A program made the translations under genes and the position numbers. Positions 41,809 to 53,717 of a stretch of DNA of 64,000 bases are shown one piece after another. The notes beneath the pieces were generated by a model. It was not told the origin of the DNA, made no database searches, and saw nothing but the letters and a program-made list of their open reading frames with translations. Within the stretch, counting starts at the first letter, position 1. Each line of letters opens with the position of its first letter. Source of the stretch: Calcarisporiella thermophila CBS 279.70 (taxonomy: Eukaryota > Fungi > Calcarisporiellomycota); assembly GCF_041956535.1 (NCBI RefSeq), contig NW_027192224.1, positions 165,136 through 229,135 of the forward strand. Reading direction: 5' to 3'.

Positions 41809-43080
41809 ATGGATTCACAAGCTCTCATCACCTACGCTCAGCGCAAGCTCGGCCTGATCCTTGACGGCCGCCTCGAACTTGTGGACGTAATAGGGAGCGG
41901 CACCTATGGGTGCCTCTACCTCGCACACGACCTGTGCACCAACTCATACCATGCCGTTAAGCGTCTGTCGAAGATGGGCCTCTCCTCCAACGAGCTTTCT
42001 CTGCTCCGCCAAGAATTTGCCCTCCACCGCCGCCTGCGCCACCCCAACGTGGTCCGCCTGGAGCGAGTCATCGACCTCCCTGGAGAGGAGGATGTATGGA
42101 TCGCCATGGAATTGTGCTCCGGCGGGGACGTGTTCGACCTGATCGGCTCCGAGGGCGTCAGCGGCAAAGAAGCCCGCGAGCTGTTCCGGCAGGTGCTGGA
42201 TGCCGTTGAGTATTGCCACTCCCAGAAAGTGTTCCACCGCGACATCAAGCCCGAGAACCTGCTCATCTCCGAAGAAGGCACCCTCAAGTTGGCCGATTTT
42301 GGGCTCGCGACTCAGGAGTCATACAATGGAGAATACGGGTGCGGCACGCTCGCCTACATCCCCCCAGAGCAACACGAGGATGCCGCCCTCGAGGGAAAAG
42401 AGTATGATGCGGCTAAGGGCGACATATGGGCTCTGGGGATCCTCTTGCTTGCCATGCTCACAAGGAAGAATCCGTGGCAAGAGGCTAGCGAAAGGGACCC
42501 TGTGTTTGCGGCCTATGTCCGCGATCCCCTCGGCGTATTGGAGGCCCTGTTCCCAAAGGTGACGCGTGAATGCCTGTCGATGGTGGCGACGGTGCTGTCT
42601 GTGGATCCTGGCGCCCGCCCCTCCATCCCCAAGCTGCGAATGCTCTTTAATAGCGTCGAGAGACTCTTGGTGGACGACGACGAGGAGGCAGCTGCGGAGC
42701 AGACCGAGGAGCTGATCCTAGGAGAAATTTCTGGTTCGTGGTCCGACGTGATGGATGCCGACGAAGGATATGCATCGTTCTCTTCGCACGTCAAAACAGT
42801 GCCCACCAAACCCTCCAAACCACTTTGCGAGCCAGTGCCATTTGCCAATGATGGCGTCGACTCGGGGATTTCATTCTCATGGTCCGATATGGCCGATGAG
42901 CCAGCAGAGATGGACTTTTCGCGCCCACTGCCAATGATGTTGGACTTTGGCCTAGCCAAGTCGTCGCCTTGGGAGAAGAGCAGAGGGGCGTGTGGCCTCG
43001 AAATCGGCCATTTGGATCACGACGAGAAAGACGACTGGTTGGATGTTAGCGACGAAGAAGTGTTTGCGTTCGAAGGTTAG
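41809..43080 (+). CDS. Ran1/Pat1/Sks1-like Ser/Thr kinase, intronless CDS
   Basis: IGSGTYG, AVKRL, EFALH..HPNVV, FHRDIKPENLL, LADFGLAT, GCGTLAYIPPE, DIWALGI..KNPWQEA. Confidence 0.9.
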   Translation: MDSQALITYAQRKLGLILDGRLELVDVIGSGTYGCLYLAHDLCTNSYHAVKRLSKMGLSSNELSLLRQEFALHRRLRHPNVVRLERVIDLPGEEDVWIAMELCSGGDVFDLIGSEGVSGKEARELFRQVLDAVEYCHSQKVFHRDIKPENLLISEEGTLKLADFGLATQESYNGEYGCGTLAYIPPEQHEDAALEGKEYDAAKGDIWALGILLLAMLTRKNPWQEASERDPVFAAYVRDPLGVLEALFPKVTRECLSMVATVLSVDPGARPSIPKLRMLFNSVERLLVDDDEEAAAEQTEELILGEISGSWSDVMDADEGYASFSSHVKTVPTKPSKPLCEPVPFANDGVDSGISFSWSDMADEPAEMDFSRPLPMMLDFGLAKSSPWEKSRGACGLEIGHLDHDEKDDWLDVSDEEVFAFEG

Positions 43081-43878
43081 CGCGAGAATGGAGTCGATTC
43101 GTCATGATTGTTTTTGCTCTTTCCTCTCCTTTTAAGGCCCTGATGCTGTTTAGTGCATACTTCCTTGGAGGAACGCACCCCCTTCCTTTCCTTTCACCCT
43201 TCTCCTCGTGCTTCTCCCCCCAACCTTCGCAGTTTTCCTAGTCTCTTTGAGGTTCTCTCTCTGTCTAATTCATTTCCCCCTTTCTTCTCTTCTTCCTCTT
43301 TCGCCTTCTCCCCTTCCAACTCAACTCCCGCTGATGTATCTAACTCTCCCTCGACCTCCTTTACCCATTCCTACTCCCTATCTTCTCACCCTCATCATGA
43401 ATCCTTTGCCTATGCTTTGTGTTAGTAAAAGGTTCAACTAATAGTAATTCTGCTGAAGTTGAGTACATATTCTACTACTATATATATTCCTTTTTTTCTC
43501 TCTCTTGATATTTTTTATTATTTATTGCCTTCTGTCTGTTTGTTCTGTGCTTAGTACCTGGTCTTTTTTTTTTTAAAATCATAACTCATTTGGTCCATGA
43601 AATCAAGAGTGGCTTTGTCTAAGCCATAAGCAAGAAAAAAGAATCGGGAATATTTACTACTAAAGAAAAAAAATAAATGGACATCGACAGATACACACGG
43701 CACACAACAAGGTAATAGATAAAGGAGAAGAAAAATCAAACAAACTAGTGAAAAAGACGACATGGTACAATCAATAATTAAAGCGAAATATGACTAGGTA
43801 TTAGAGGGTAAAAAATGGGGGTAGAGGAAGACACTGGGGGAGGGGGAGGTGGACGGGAGGAGAAGGAAGAAGAGGGGG

Positions 43879-46800
43879 TCAGTTCCCCGGAGGAACCAGC
43901 TGGCTCATGGTCAGCATGCCCGCGCTTTCGCCGAACACGGACTTCTCCTCCTTCACCGCAGCCATCGGCTCTCGGCGCACGCTCACGCTCGCCCCAAACC
44001 CGCGCACGCTCCCCCCGGGCCCCACCGACGAGTTGAGCACGTGCCTCGCTACCCGCGAGCGCACCGACGGAACCCCCACTGCCTTGTACGCCTCCAGCTC
44101 CCGCTCAAGCTGCATGATCCGGATCCTGCTCTGGTCCTTAGCGCGCCCCAGCTCAAGGTTCTCCTTCTTCAGCCGCAGATTCTCCTCCTTCAGCTTGCTC
44201 ACATATCTGATGCGCTGGCGGAGGTTCTGGTGGCCCGCGAGCTGCGCGTTGAGGCCGTTGAGCTTGGACAGCTCACCGTCGACCAGCGAGTACTTCTCCA
44301 TGAGCAGGTGCACCTTGTTCTCAAGCTCCTCCATCTCCGCCCGCTGAGCCTCGGAAGATTGCAGCTGCTCATAAAGACTGGCAGAAGGCAGGGGACAAGA
44401 GGTCAGTCATCGGATCCCGAAAAAAAAAAAGATAAGCCTCCTTACCTTGCCATGTCGGCGATGGCCCGGTCCTGTTGCTCGCGCGCCTCCTGCACCACCT
44501 CCTCATAGCGCCGGCGCTCCTCTTGACCCAGCGCAACCAGCCTCTCCAGCCGTGCACACTCCGCCTCTTTTGCCGCCAACTCTGCCCTGAGCCCCTCCAG
44601 CTCCTCCCCGTCCGCCTCCCGTTCCATCTCACTCAGCTCCTTCTCTTCCAGTCGCTTCTCAAGCTCCTCGATCCTCCTCTGGTGATCCTCCACCTCCATC
44701 GCCGCTCGCTCCGCGGCAATCTGCTCGTCGCTGACACGCCGCTCCAGGTCCGCGATCAGCTTGGCATCGACCGTCTGGCGGGCCCGGAGCTGGAAGCACG
44801 CTTCCTCGAGTTGGTGGCGCTCCATCTCGGCATAGCTGAGGGTATGCTGGGCGTGGTCGTCCATCGCCCGCCCGAGCTCAAGCCCCAGGCTTGCGTTGAG
44901 CTCCTGCAGCCGAGCGGCCGTGTCCGTGACCTCGTGGCGGAGCTCCGTGATCCCCAAAGTTCGATTGCCCTCCTCCTCTCCCTCGTCTCTCTCCGAATTC
45001 ACCTCGCGGAGGGCATTCATTGCGTTGAGTGCGTCCTGTAGTGCTTTGGAGAGTTTGGCATTCACGCGATCCATCCTCTCCGACTCGACCTCGAGCTCCT
45101 GGATGAGTTTCGCCTGCTGCTGCGCGCCCCTCCTCTCCGCGCTCAGCTCTCTCTCGACCTTTTCCGCGCGATGTGTGGCATCCTGCAGATGCCTCTTGTG
45201 CTCCTCGTGCTGTTGCCGCATGGCCGAATGCAGGTGATCTGCATAGCCGCGCAGCTCCTCCTCCACCCGCAGGTGTTCCTCGCGCGCTTGTTCAAGCAGC
45301 TCGAAGAACTTGGTCGCCTGGCGCTCCTTCTCCTCGCTCAGCTCTTGGTAGTTCTTCTCCGCGCTCTCCAAGTCCTTCTCGAGGGTCTCCACCATCTCGA
45401 GCAAAGAAGCCTGTCGCGCACTGGACTCTTTCCGCTCCGCCTCCCACCCCAGCCTCTCCTCCTCATGGGCCGCCTGGCGCTCATCCAAAGTGGCTTCGAG
45501 CTTGTGGGTAGCGGCCTTGTGTTCGTCAACCTCCATCAGCAGAACCTGGATCTCCCTCTTCTTCTCCTGATCTTGGTCGGCAAGCTCCTGCTGCAGAGCC
45601 TCTAACTCCCGAGAGAGTTCCTCGATTTTTGCGTCCGCCGCATCGATCTCGTTCTGGAGCTCGCGGATTTCCTGGTCCTTCTCCTCGATGGCCTTCAGGT
45701 GCTCGGAATCCCTCGCCTCCATGGCATCCTGATACTCTTCGCACTTGTCCTGCAGTGCCGCAATTTCACCCCGCTTCTCCTCGAGGGCTGAGTTCATCTG
45801 CTCCCGGAGAGTGTCGAGCTGTGCCTGCAAGCCTTCGATCTCGCGGGACTTTGTCTTGATCTCGCGTCGCAATTCCCGTGCGGCGTCCTCCTGCTCGCGA
45901 AGCGAACGGTCCCGCGCTCGGCACGCCTCTTGCTCCTTTCGCAGTTCTTCCTCGAGCTGGGCTCGATCTTTCTCTGACGCTTGCCGTGTGAGCGAGATTT
46001 CCTTCTCCAACCTGCTGACCTCCTCCTCCTTCAGCTTCTCCAGGCAGGTGAGTCTGCCCTTCCAATCCCTCGTCTGCTGCGCAAGATCCTCCTCCAGGCG
46101 AGCTATTTCTGACTTGCAATCCCGCACCACGCTCTCAAGCTTCTTCTTCTCTTCGTCCAGTGCGTCGATTCGCTCTTCTAGTCTTCTTCTCAGCCCCCTC
46201 CACTCCTCCACCTTCTTTCTCAACGTTTCCTCCGCCTCTTGCTGTTTTGCGCTCAGCTCCTCTACTCTGCTTTTCGCCTTCTCGCATTCTCTCGTCACCT
46301 CTTTCGCTTTATGCTCCGCCTCCGTCAGTGCCTGCTCGTGCTTTCGTTGCATTACACCACGCTCTTCGCGCTCTTGCTCCAGCTCGGTTTCTGCGATTTG
46401 CGCGCGGCGGGTCAGTTTCTCTGCGCGCTGCTCCCACTGAGCACGCTCTTCATCCATGCGTCCACGGAATGTGGCATTATTTTTCTCAAGTTCTTCCACC
46501 CGTCGGGAGAGCGTTGCCATTTTGGCGTTGCTAGCCGAGAGCTTTTCAGCCGCTTTCTCCGCCTTCTCCAACTAGAAAGTAAACGGATGAGAAAAATGCG
46601 TACATCACGTTAGTGTGCTTGGCAACCAAAATGAGAGACGCCGTCAAAGGTCTTACATTATTCAAGAGTTTTGCATTGCGTCCCTCCAGCTCCAACAACT
46701 CGTTCTCCTTGACTTGAATTGTAGTCATGAGCGCGTTTTTCTCCCTCACCACCGTTTGCATTCCAACTTCTGTCTTTTTCAGTTTTTCTTGTAGCACTTC

Positions 46801-47300
46801 AATTTCCTTCAGGGTGGTTATCTTCAGTTGCTGGAAGCGGTCCCGCCATTCTTGCACCTCCTTCTTCAGCTTCTGCTCCTGAACTATTCCGCTGGGCGGC
46901 ATAACCCGCTTTTTTGGAAGGGCTGCGGCGGTAGAATTGGAGCGAATGTTCGGCGGAGGCATATTCTCGTCTAAGCGGTGGGAAAGTTAGGAAACATGGG
47001 CTGCTTGGAAGTGGGCTCAAACAAAAAGCAGGTGCCAGATTTACCTTGCATTTCAGGTTCGGTGAATCGGTCTGCTTGCTCTATGAAGCCGTAACGCCTA
47101 TGCTTAGGTTCAATGTCCCCTTTAACGTCGTATTCGCCGGGTCCAGGTGTGGGATCGATTTCTAAAAGTTATTGCAAAAATGGGAGGAGACAGAACGCGT
47201 TAAATGGCACTGTTGTGATTGCACGCTCCAAGTGGCAATAGATAGGGAGACGGATAAATAGGTTACTTTTTTCTGGGAATCGTTGGCTGCGTGGAAACAT
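43879..47300 (-). CDS. HMMR/RHAMM-like coiled-coil protein, multi-exon
   Basis: N-terminus MFPRSQRF..PTPGPGEYDVK..GF....RF; about 900 aa of heptads; C-terminal LAGHQNLRQRIRYVSKLKEENLRLKKE (HMMR_C-type motif). Confidence 0.82.
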
Positions 47301-47431
47301 GTTCAGAATAGATTGAACACGCGGGAGAATGGGCTAACCATATAGTGGCAATGGGGTAAAGTGGTAGAGATTAAGAGGTGAAGATAAAACAATAAACCTT
47401 AGGGGGGACGCAATTTTGCGAAAAATTTTTT

Positions 47432-47437
47432 ACGCGT
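47432..47437. promoter_or_regulatory. MCB-type element upstream of the HMMR-like gene
   Basis: ACGCGT about 130 bp upstream of ATG 47300; a second copy sits at 47195-47200 in intron 1. Confidence 0.35.
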
Positions 47438-48067
47438 CGTGAATTTCGAACAAATATTTGAGGCTTAGACATGAAAATTTGAAAGTGGTTTCCGCAGAAG
47501 CTTACACGGATAATAACAAGATGTTGGTTCATGTGTGCAAAAATATAAAATGCAACCCCACACACTATGTCGACATCCAGTGTCTTGAGTACAGGAGGCC
47601 TTTTATCACTAGTGTTTTATCGGTTTTTCTTTTTTCATGTATTTTAGGTTTTGTTGCAGTATTGTAAAAAAACGAGGATGACGCGATATCGTTGGTGCAA
47701 TATTGGTTTCTGTTCAACTACAAATATTGGAATAGCATTAAGTGTCAGCTTTTTGCCTCCCAATCCTTCTTTCAGATAAGGGCCAACTTCGCGTTATTCC
47801 ATTAATTTTCCGTAATCCTCTCTTCGCCCCAGCGACTAAAGCCAAAATCCAATAGAACACACTATAATCTAGCACCAACCGCAATCCGTCCTCAACTAAA
47901 ACTTTATCCGATATAATTGAGGGGAGCTAGTTGGTTTAGCCCTCATGCCGTACCAATAAAACTAAACTTAAAGGAGGGAGGGAGGGCGAGATGTGGGATA
48001 GAGATTGTATATTTGTTTTTTAAACGGAAAAAACTAGAATAAAAAACCAAGCGATTCGTGAAATGGT

Positions 48068-49371
48068 TTACACAGACTCAAGAGGGGCGGGCTCGACAAA
48101 GTCCTTGGACTTGACTTTGGCGCCAACGTCCTCTCCGGCATCACCGTGGAGCTCGAGGAGCTTGGAGATGTCGAACTTGGGCGACTATAAAACAATGCAA
48201 TGCTTAGCTTGGGACGGAGGTGCGGAGGCCACGAAGCGCAAAGCAGCAACTTACCTTGAGGATCTTGACCTTGTGGATGTACACATTCTGCAAGGGGTAG
48301 ATGCCCTGGCATGCCTTCTCGATCTTGTGGCCGATCGACTCGGGGATGAACTTCATAACAGCCTCCTTGAGGTCGCAGGTGGTGATCTCCTTCTGGATGA
48401 TGTCGAACATCTTCTTGCGGATCTGCCTGATCTGGGAGGACTGGGCATAGGTAGTCTTCTTGAGCTGGTTGTAGCGGCGCTTGGTGAAGCCAATGGCAAA
48501 GAGGCGGAGGAGGTACCCATCGGTGGTCTTGACGTCGATGTGGGCCTCGATGAGGGTCTGCCACTTGCGCACAAGGGAGCGCAGCTTGTCGGAGGTCATG
48601 CTCATACCGTGGAAGTTGGTCAAGCAGTTGCGGCCCTGGATCTCATCAACGCGGAGCTTGATCTTGCGGAAGGACTTGTCCTCATCCTTGTTGAGATCGC
48701 CAAGAGACATCTCGAAGACACGGCCCTTGAGAGCATCGTTGGCATTTTCTAATGGGAGATGCATGAGTTAGTCATCAGCGGCGCCGACATGCAAATCAAG
48801 CGGGGCGCTCTACATACTCAAACCCTGGGTGCGGTTCACGAGCGTCTTGCCAAAGTTGCGGACCTCGAACATAGAGGGAGCCTTCACATCATACCAGTCC
48901 TTGCGGGAGAAGGGGTCGACACTTTTCAAAAGTGAATAAAAAAAAAGCCAATGAGCACTCCCATCTGAACCCCAGCGATCGCGCTCCTGCTGAATCTTGC
49001 CCGGCGAGGGCCGATTCAGCGTGCGAGCTAAAAGAAATGGATGCACTTACATCTTCTTCTTGAGACCCTTCTTACCCTTCGAGAGACGCCTACATTCAAA
49101 GAGAAAAGAAGAAAAAGCAACACTCAATATCATCTTCACAATCATACGCGCGAAGAGCGACCCAACGGCATTTCCATCCGAGACGGCGTCCTGGATGGAT
49201 GGGAAGGGAGGATGGATGGATGGATGGATGACTTACTTGTTCTTGCCAACGGCTATCAGGGTCATAGAGAGGAAAAAAGACGCAGATTAGTACACACGAG
49301 CAACAGCATTTTTGGACGGATGCATCGCGCCCACGGCGACGCGGGCATCCCCCTCTCCCCTACATACCCAT
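48068..49371 (-). CDS. RPS1: 40S ribosomal protein eS1 (S1/S3a), 6 coding exons
   Basis: ATG G|CC GTT GGC AAG AAC AA|G gives [61 protein letters not shown]. Strong GC3 bias. Confidence 0.97.
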
Positions 49372-50179
49372 ATTGTATCTCGCTTGGTTTTCAAGAGAAC
49401 AGCGGAAAAGAGGAGGAACAATCAAATCCCACCTCAGTGGATAAAAATCGCAAATTCAGGATTGTCGACGTCATTGGGCTGTGCCACTTGCCCCTGGATC
49501 TACAGGCGGCAGAGAAATCAGGGTGGTTGTTGCCCGCAGAGAGGCCGGGGAGAGGCGGGTTCATAGCGGAATACGGGTCTGCGACCGCCTGCCTGCTTGA
49601 TAATCGTACATGCAACTGTTTTGCCACCTTCCGCCCCTCCACGCGTACAAAACACGGCTCACTGCCAGGAGTATGCCGACCCGGATGCTAGTTTGTCTTA
49701 AGCTTGATCCAAACTCTCAAGGAGGGGCGAGAGCATAACCGAACACCACAGAACCCAACAGAGCACAACAGAGCAGGGTCGAGCAGCACAGGTCCAAGGT
49801 TTAAATACGGAGGCAAGCAAAAAGAGGAAAAAAAAATACCAAGGAGAAAATCAAATCTTTAATAGCTTATAAGAACAAGAAAAAAAAAGGAGTAAAAATC
49901 GAACAATAGTATAAACCATAAAACACAATTTCCAACCAACCCATCCGACTAAGACCATAAGAGATAGAGAAAGGAAAGGAGCAATTAATAATAAAGAGGG
50001 GGTAAAGAAATAAACATCCCATAAGAGTGATAAGATAGAGAAAAGAGGGGAAAAAGAAAAATATCCGGTATAATATCAGAGTAAAAACAAGGGAAAAAAA
50101 AGTGGAGTAAAAAGTGAATAACGAAAAAAAAAGGTATCCATGCTAAATAACAAGGTGTATATAATAAAATATAAAATCT

Positions 50180-50286
50180 TTAAGGATATTGCAAGTGCGA
50201 TGGAATATTTACAGATTGCTGCGTGGATGTCTGAGGTTGAGTGGTCGCCAGATAGGACGAGGCAGACGAGGGGTGGACGCCTTGCG

Positions 50287-50317
<31 letters not shown>

Positions 50318-52006
50318 ATGCCCATGGTGTTGTGAATGATGGGCTTGCGAGTGATGGGTATGGTGTGGATGCTGCTGCTGCTGCTGGTGGAGCTGAGCAT
50401 GGATCCCGTGCGGTTGGTGTGAATGGGACTGCGAATGCGGATGCGAGGCATGCTGGTGCGGGGCGTAGGAGGACTGGGGTGAGTGAAGCGGTTGGGTATG
50501 GGAGGGGTGGGCATGCATTGCCGACGGGTGCGCATACGCGTGCGTATGGGGGGAATGAACAGCGTAGGACGACATCCGCGTGGGGGAGTGCGTGGTGGAA
50601 GACTGGAGATAGGCTGCCGCAGCGCGGTACTGCATCGCCCCCCACCCCGTGCGGGTTGGGGAGATGGAGACGTGTGGGTACGACATCTGCACGAACGGCT
50701 TTGGGTCGTCTACCAGCAGGGGGTAGACGAGATCCTCTATTTTGAATTGGTGTGCGAGATGTCTGGCGCGTTGTAAGGGGATCCTAAGGGAGCGGCGGTG
50801 GAGAAAGATAAAAAAGGGAAAATGAAACGGGGCAGAGCAGGGGAAGCATCGTTAGCTTGGGAGGGCGACTAAACTCAAGACTAGGCCATAGACACTTTAC
50901 CATACTCCCTTGAGATGCATGGCGCCGACCTTGACGACCACGCGCCCCTTCTCGTTCTTCAGGATGCCGTCGCGCTTCCCGCGCGACATCCCGACCACGT
51001 TGAGCAGCTTTGTGCCGTTCACCATGTCATTGTCTGTTGCGAATAAAAAAAAAATCCAGAGTTTGAGTTTAGCTTCGGCAATAAACGCTAAAGCGTAAAA
51101 GGCAGGCCCCGAGCCCACTCACCTTGTCTCCGAGTCACGGCCACGGACTTTGCATCCACCTGGTAGCAGTAGGTGCCCTCGTCTTCCCACACCGTGGTGG
51201 TGAGGCGCGGCTTTGGCGGCGAGTTTGGCGGCATGGGCATGCCCATGACGGCGGCGGCCGACGAGGACCCGAGCGTGGCCGGCGAAAGCGACGCCAGGCC
51301 GGCCAGCCCTCCCGCGGTGGCGACCTGCGCGCCGCCGCTGCCGCCGTTTGCGCCGCCGGCCGCGCCCACCGCGGAGGCGCTCGCCCCGCTGACCCCGATG
51401 CTCCCGTTGCCCCCCTGCCGCCCCCCCTGCGCCTCCTCCGCTGCCGCCGCCGCCGGCCCCGTTTCCTCCGGCGGCGTCCGTCGACGAGGACCACGACAGC
51501 TGCGCCAGATTTGCGGCGTGGAAGGGGGTGGCGGGCGACGGCATCCAGGGGGCCGAGTTCGGGGTTGGGTGGGAGTAGTAGTAGTGCGACATGGACGGAT
51601 AGCCCTGCGGGGTCGAGGTCGGGGAGTGCACCATGGAGGCGCGGTAGCCGCTCAGACCGCCGGCCGCCGCTCCGCCCGCACCGCCTCCCCCGGCCGTTCC
51701 CCCCCCGCCTCCTCCTCCTCCGCCACCGCCGCCGCCAACGCTACTGCCGGCGGAGAGGGGGGGCGACCCGTCGCGCGATGAGGAGATGGGCGATCCGAGA
51801 TCGGTTGCGCCCGGCGGGAAGGAGGACTGCTGCGGGGGGAAGACCTGGTTGATGTTGTAGGCGCTGACAAACGCCGAAGTAGAGGGCTGGGTGGGGGGGC
51901 GCGGGTGCTGCGGGTGCATCTGGTGCTGCTGCGAGGGCTGCTGGGGCTCGCTGGAGGCGATAAGCGTGGAGAGGCTGTTGTAGTGGCCGCCGGATCCCTC
52001 GTACAT
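50180..52006 (-). CDS. stuA: StuA/Efg1/Sok2-type APSES transcription factor (one apparent frameshift near 51410-51427)
   Basis: [23 protein letters not shown]|[42 protein letters not shown]|IP; Q/H-rich tail. Confidence 0.9.
50288..50386. repeat. (CTG)n tracts encoding poly-Gln in the StuA-like tail
   Basis: Two GCT/CTG runs, read directly. Confidence 0.85.
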
Positions 52007-52591
52007 CGTCACTGCTCAAGAGATTGGGGATGTGGTGTGTAGTGTGTGGATGAGACGGAATTAGTGGAGATGCGCGATCACCGCTGCTGACATGAACATC
52101 CACGTTCGACAGGCTCCTCGACCGGCTGGAAGTTCCTGGCTATCTGCGGAGACGCGGGGCGAGGGGGCGTGGGAGTGCGTGGGGGTGGGAGGCGCGGGTG
52201 TGGTGGTAAACAACAGAGGCAATCGCGATGAGCAGCGCTGCGGGGAGGCAGCTATGAACACGACAGACTATGAGGCAGAGAGAGGGAAGAGAGGGGATGG
52301 GGGGAAGAGAGGAAATAGGGAAGTTATATATGCAGGCTGCAGCGTAATGCTTCTTTTTGCAAAGGAAATCACATAAGAAAGAAAATAAAAATAAAAAACT
52401 GCTGCGCTCGCGGCCGGCTTCGAAGACTTTCCCCCCCCCTCGCCGCTCGCCAACTTAAAACAGCAAGGGGTCTTAATTAGAAGGCCGGCTGGAAAAAAAG
52501 GAGCAATGGAAACAAAACAGGTTGTTTTTGTGCATATTGAATCGCCTTATAAGGTCAAATCGCTGCACTCTTCCTCATATATGGCTGGCAA

Positions 52592-53295
52592 ATTGGTTCG
52601 CTCTCGCCCCCCCATTATTAAGCGAGCGCAAATGTGATTCACGGCCTTATGCGGAAACTATTGCGCTGGTTTCACTCTCTTTTGTCATTGTTTTCCGAGC
52701 TGCCCAAGCGCGCCTGCCCTTCTGGGGCCTGGCGCCGCCCGCCATTGGCCGCTCCGAGCCTCAGGGTGGGACAGCGGCCTGCTGCGCCGCGCCCCTCCTG
52801 GCCCTGCCCCGTGTCTCTCCACCGCGCGGGTCCTGCACCACCCTGTGCGCGCGCGCAAGGGCCCCGCAGGGCCCGCCGCCCGCGCGCGCGGTGGCAGCGG
52901 CGGTGACAGGCCCCACACTTCCGAGTGCGTCTGGCGCCAGGCCGACAGCCTGCGAGGAGGAGACGGCGGGTGGAGCTTAATGGCCCGCCCCTGGCGCAAA
53001 TCCCTTCCCTTTCCGGCCGGCTTGTGCAGCAGCCCGTGACATACACGGCGATATTGCATGGGCGATGCGCAGGGTGCAGCCTTGTGCGCCCTCTTCGCCA
53101 GCCCGCGCGCCGCTGACTGGCTCCAGGCCCGCAACGGATCACCAACCAGCAGCGGCCCCCTCATGCCTGCCCCCCCCTTGCGAGCCCCCGAGCTCGAGAT
53201 TGGCGCGGCTGCGCGCAGGCCGCGTCGCCATTGGCCGCGCCCACACGGCCAAGCGGAGAGGCGCTGCGCCCCCTGGCCCGCCCCCCGCCCATTGG
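52592..53295 (-). promoter_or_regulatory. Five co-oriented CCAAT boxes in a GC-rich divergent promoter
   Basis: ATTGG at 52592, 52744, 53199, 53230 and 53291 between the StuA-like and Num1-like starts. Confidence 0.4.
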
Positions 53296-53717
53296 CCGGC
53301 CCTTTTCCCTTTTGGCGCGATCCGCTCTCGCGCCTTTTCTTTTCCGGCCTTTGTTTATGCTTTATTGCTGTCATTTACCGTCGGCCTGGTTAGGACACAA
53401 ATGCCCACAAACTCAGCAAGAGGGGAAAAAAAAAAAATCCTCCAAACTCGTTTTGCTGACGGGCCGGCCCAAAAGCGAACGTCAACGCGCCAAATACCGA
53501 CTCCAACCGGCGAGCGCTGCCTTTTTCTGACCGCGTCGAACCCCCAAGCTGCGAAAAAAACCTCCAATCCCCCCATTTATTGCCCGGCCGAAAATCTCCC
53601 CTCATCGCGCCTTTTATCCCGCGCCTGTTCCGAATCCTGGCCTCCTTTTTCCCTTGCATCCCCTCGCCTTCCCCGCATCCCTAATCGCTAGACCCGCCGC
53701 CTTGAGGCATTCTGGAA

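Noticed and set aside
43815-46613. Long plus-strand ORFs antisense to the HMMR-like gene (similar cases at 17191-18057 and 48063-48752)
   Set aside because: Shadow ORFs caused by the codon bias of the real minus-strand genes.
49253-49265. Non-ATG (ATA) start for RPS1
   Set aside because: The sequence is explained by an intron acceptor (TAG) with the true ATG G in an upstream exon at 49371-49368.
9910-52006. Two APSES genes as a functional cluster
   Set aside because: They belong to different subfamilies (Xbp1-like and StuA-like), lie ~40 kb apart and are separated by unrelated housekeeping genes.
52522-53691. Many 60-230 aa overlapping ORFs on both strands
   Set aside because: Arg/Ala/Gly/Pro-rich products expected from stop-poor GC-rich promoter DNA; no domain signal.
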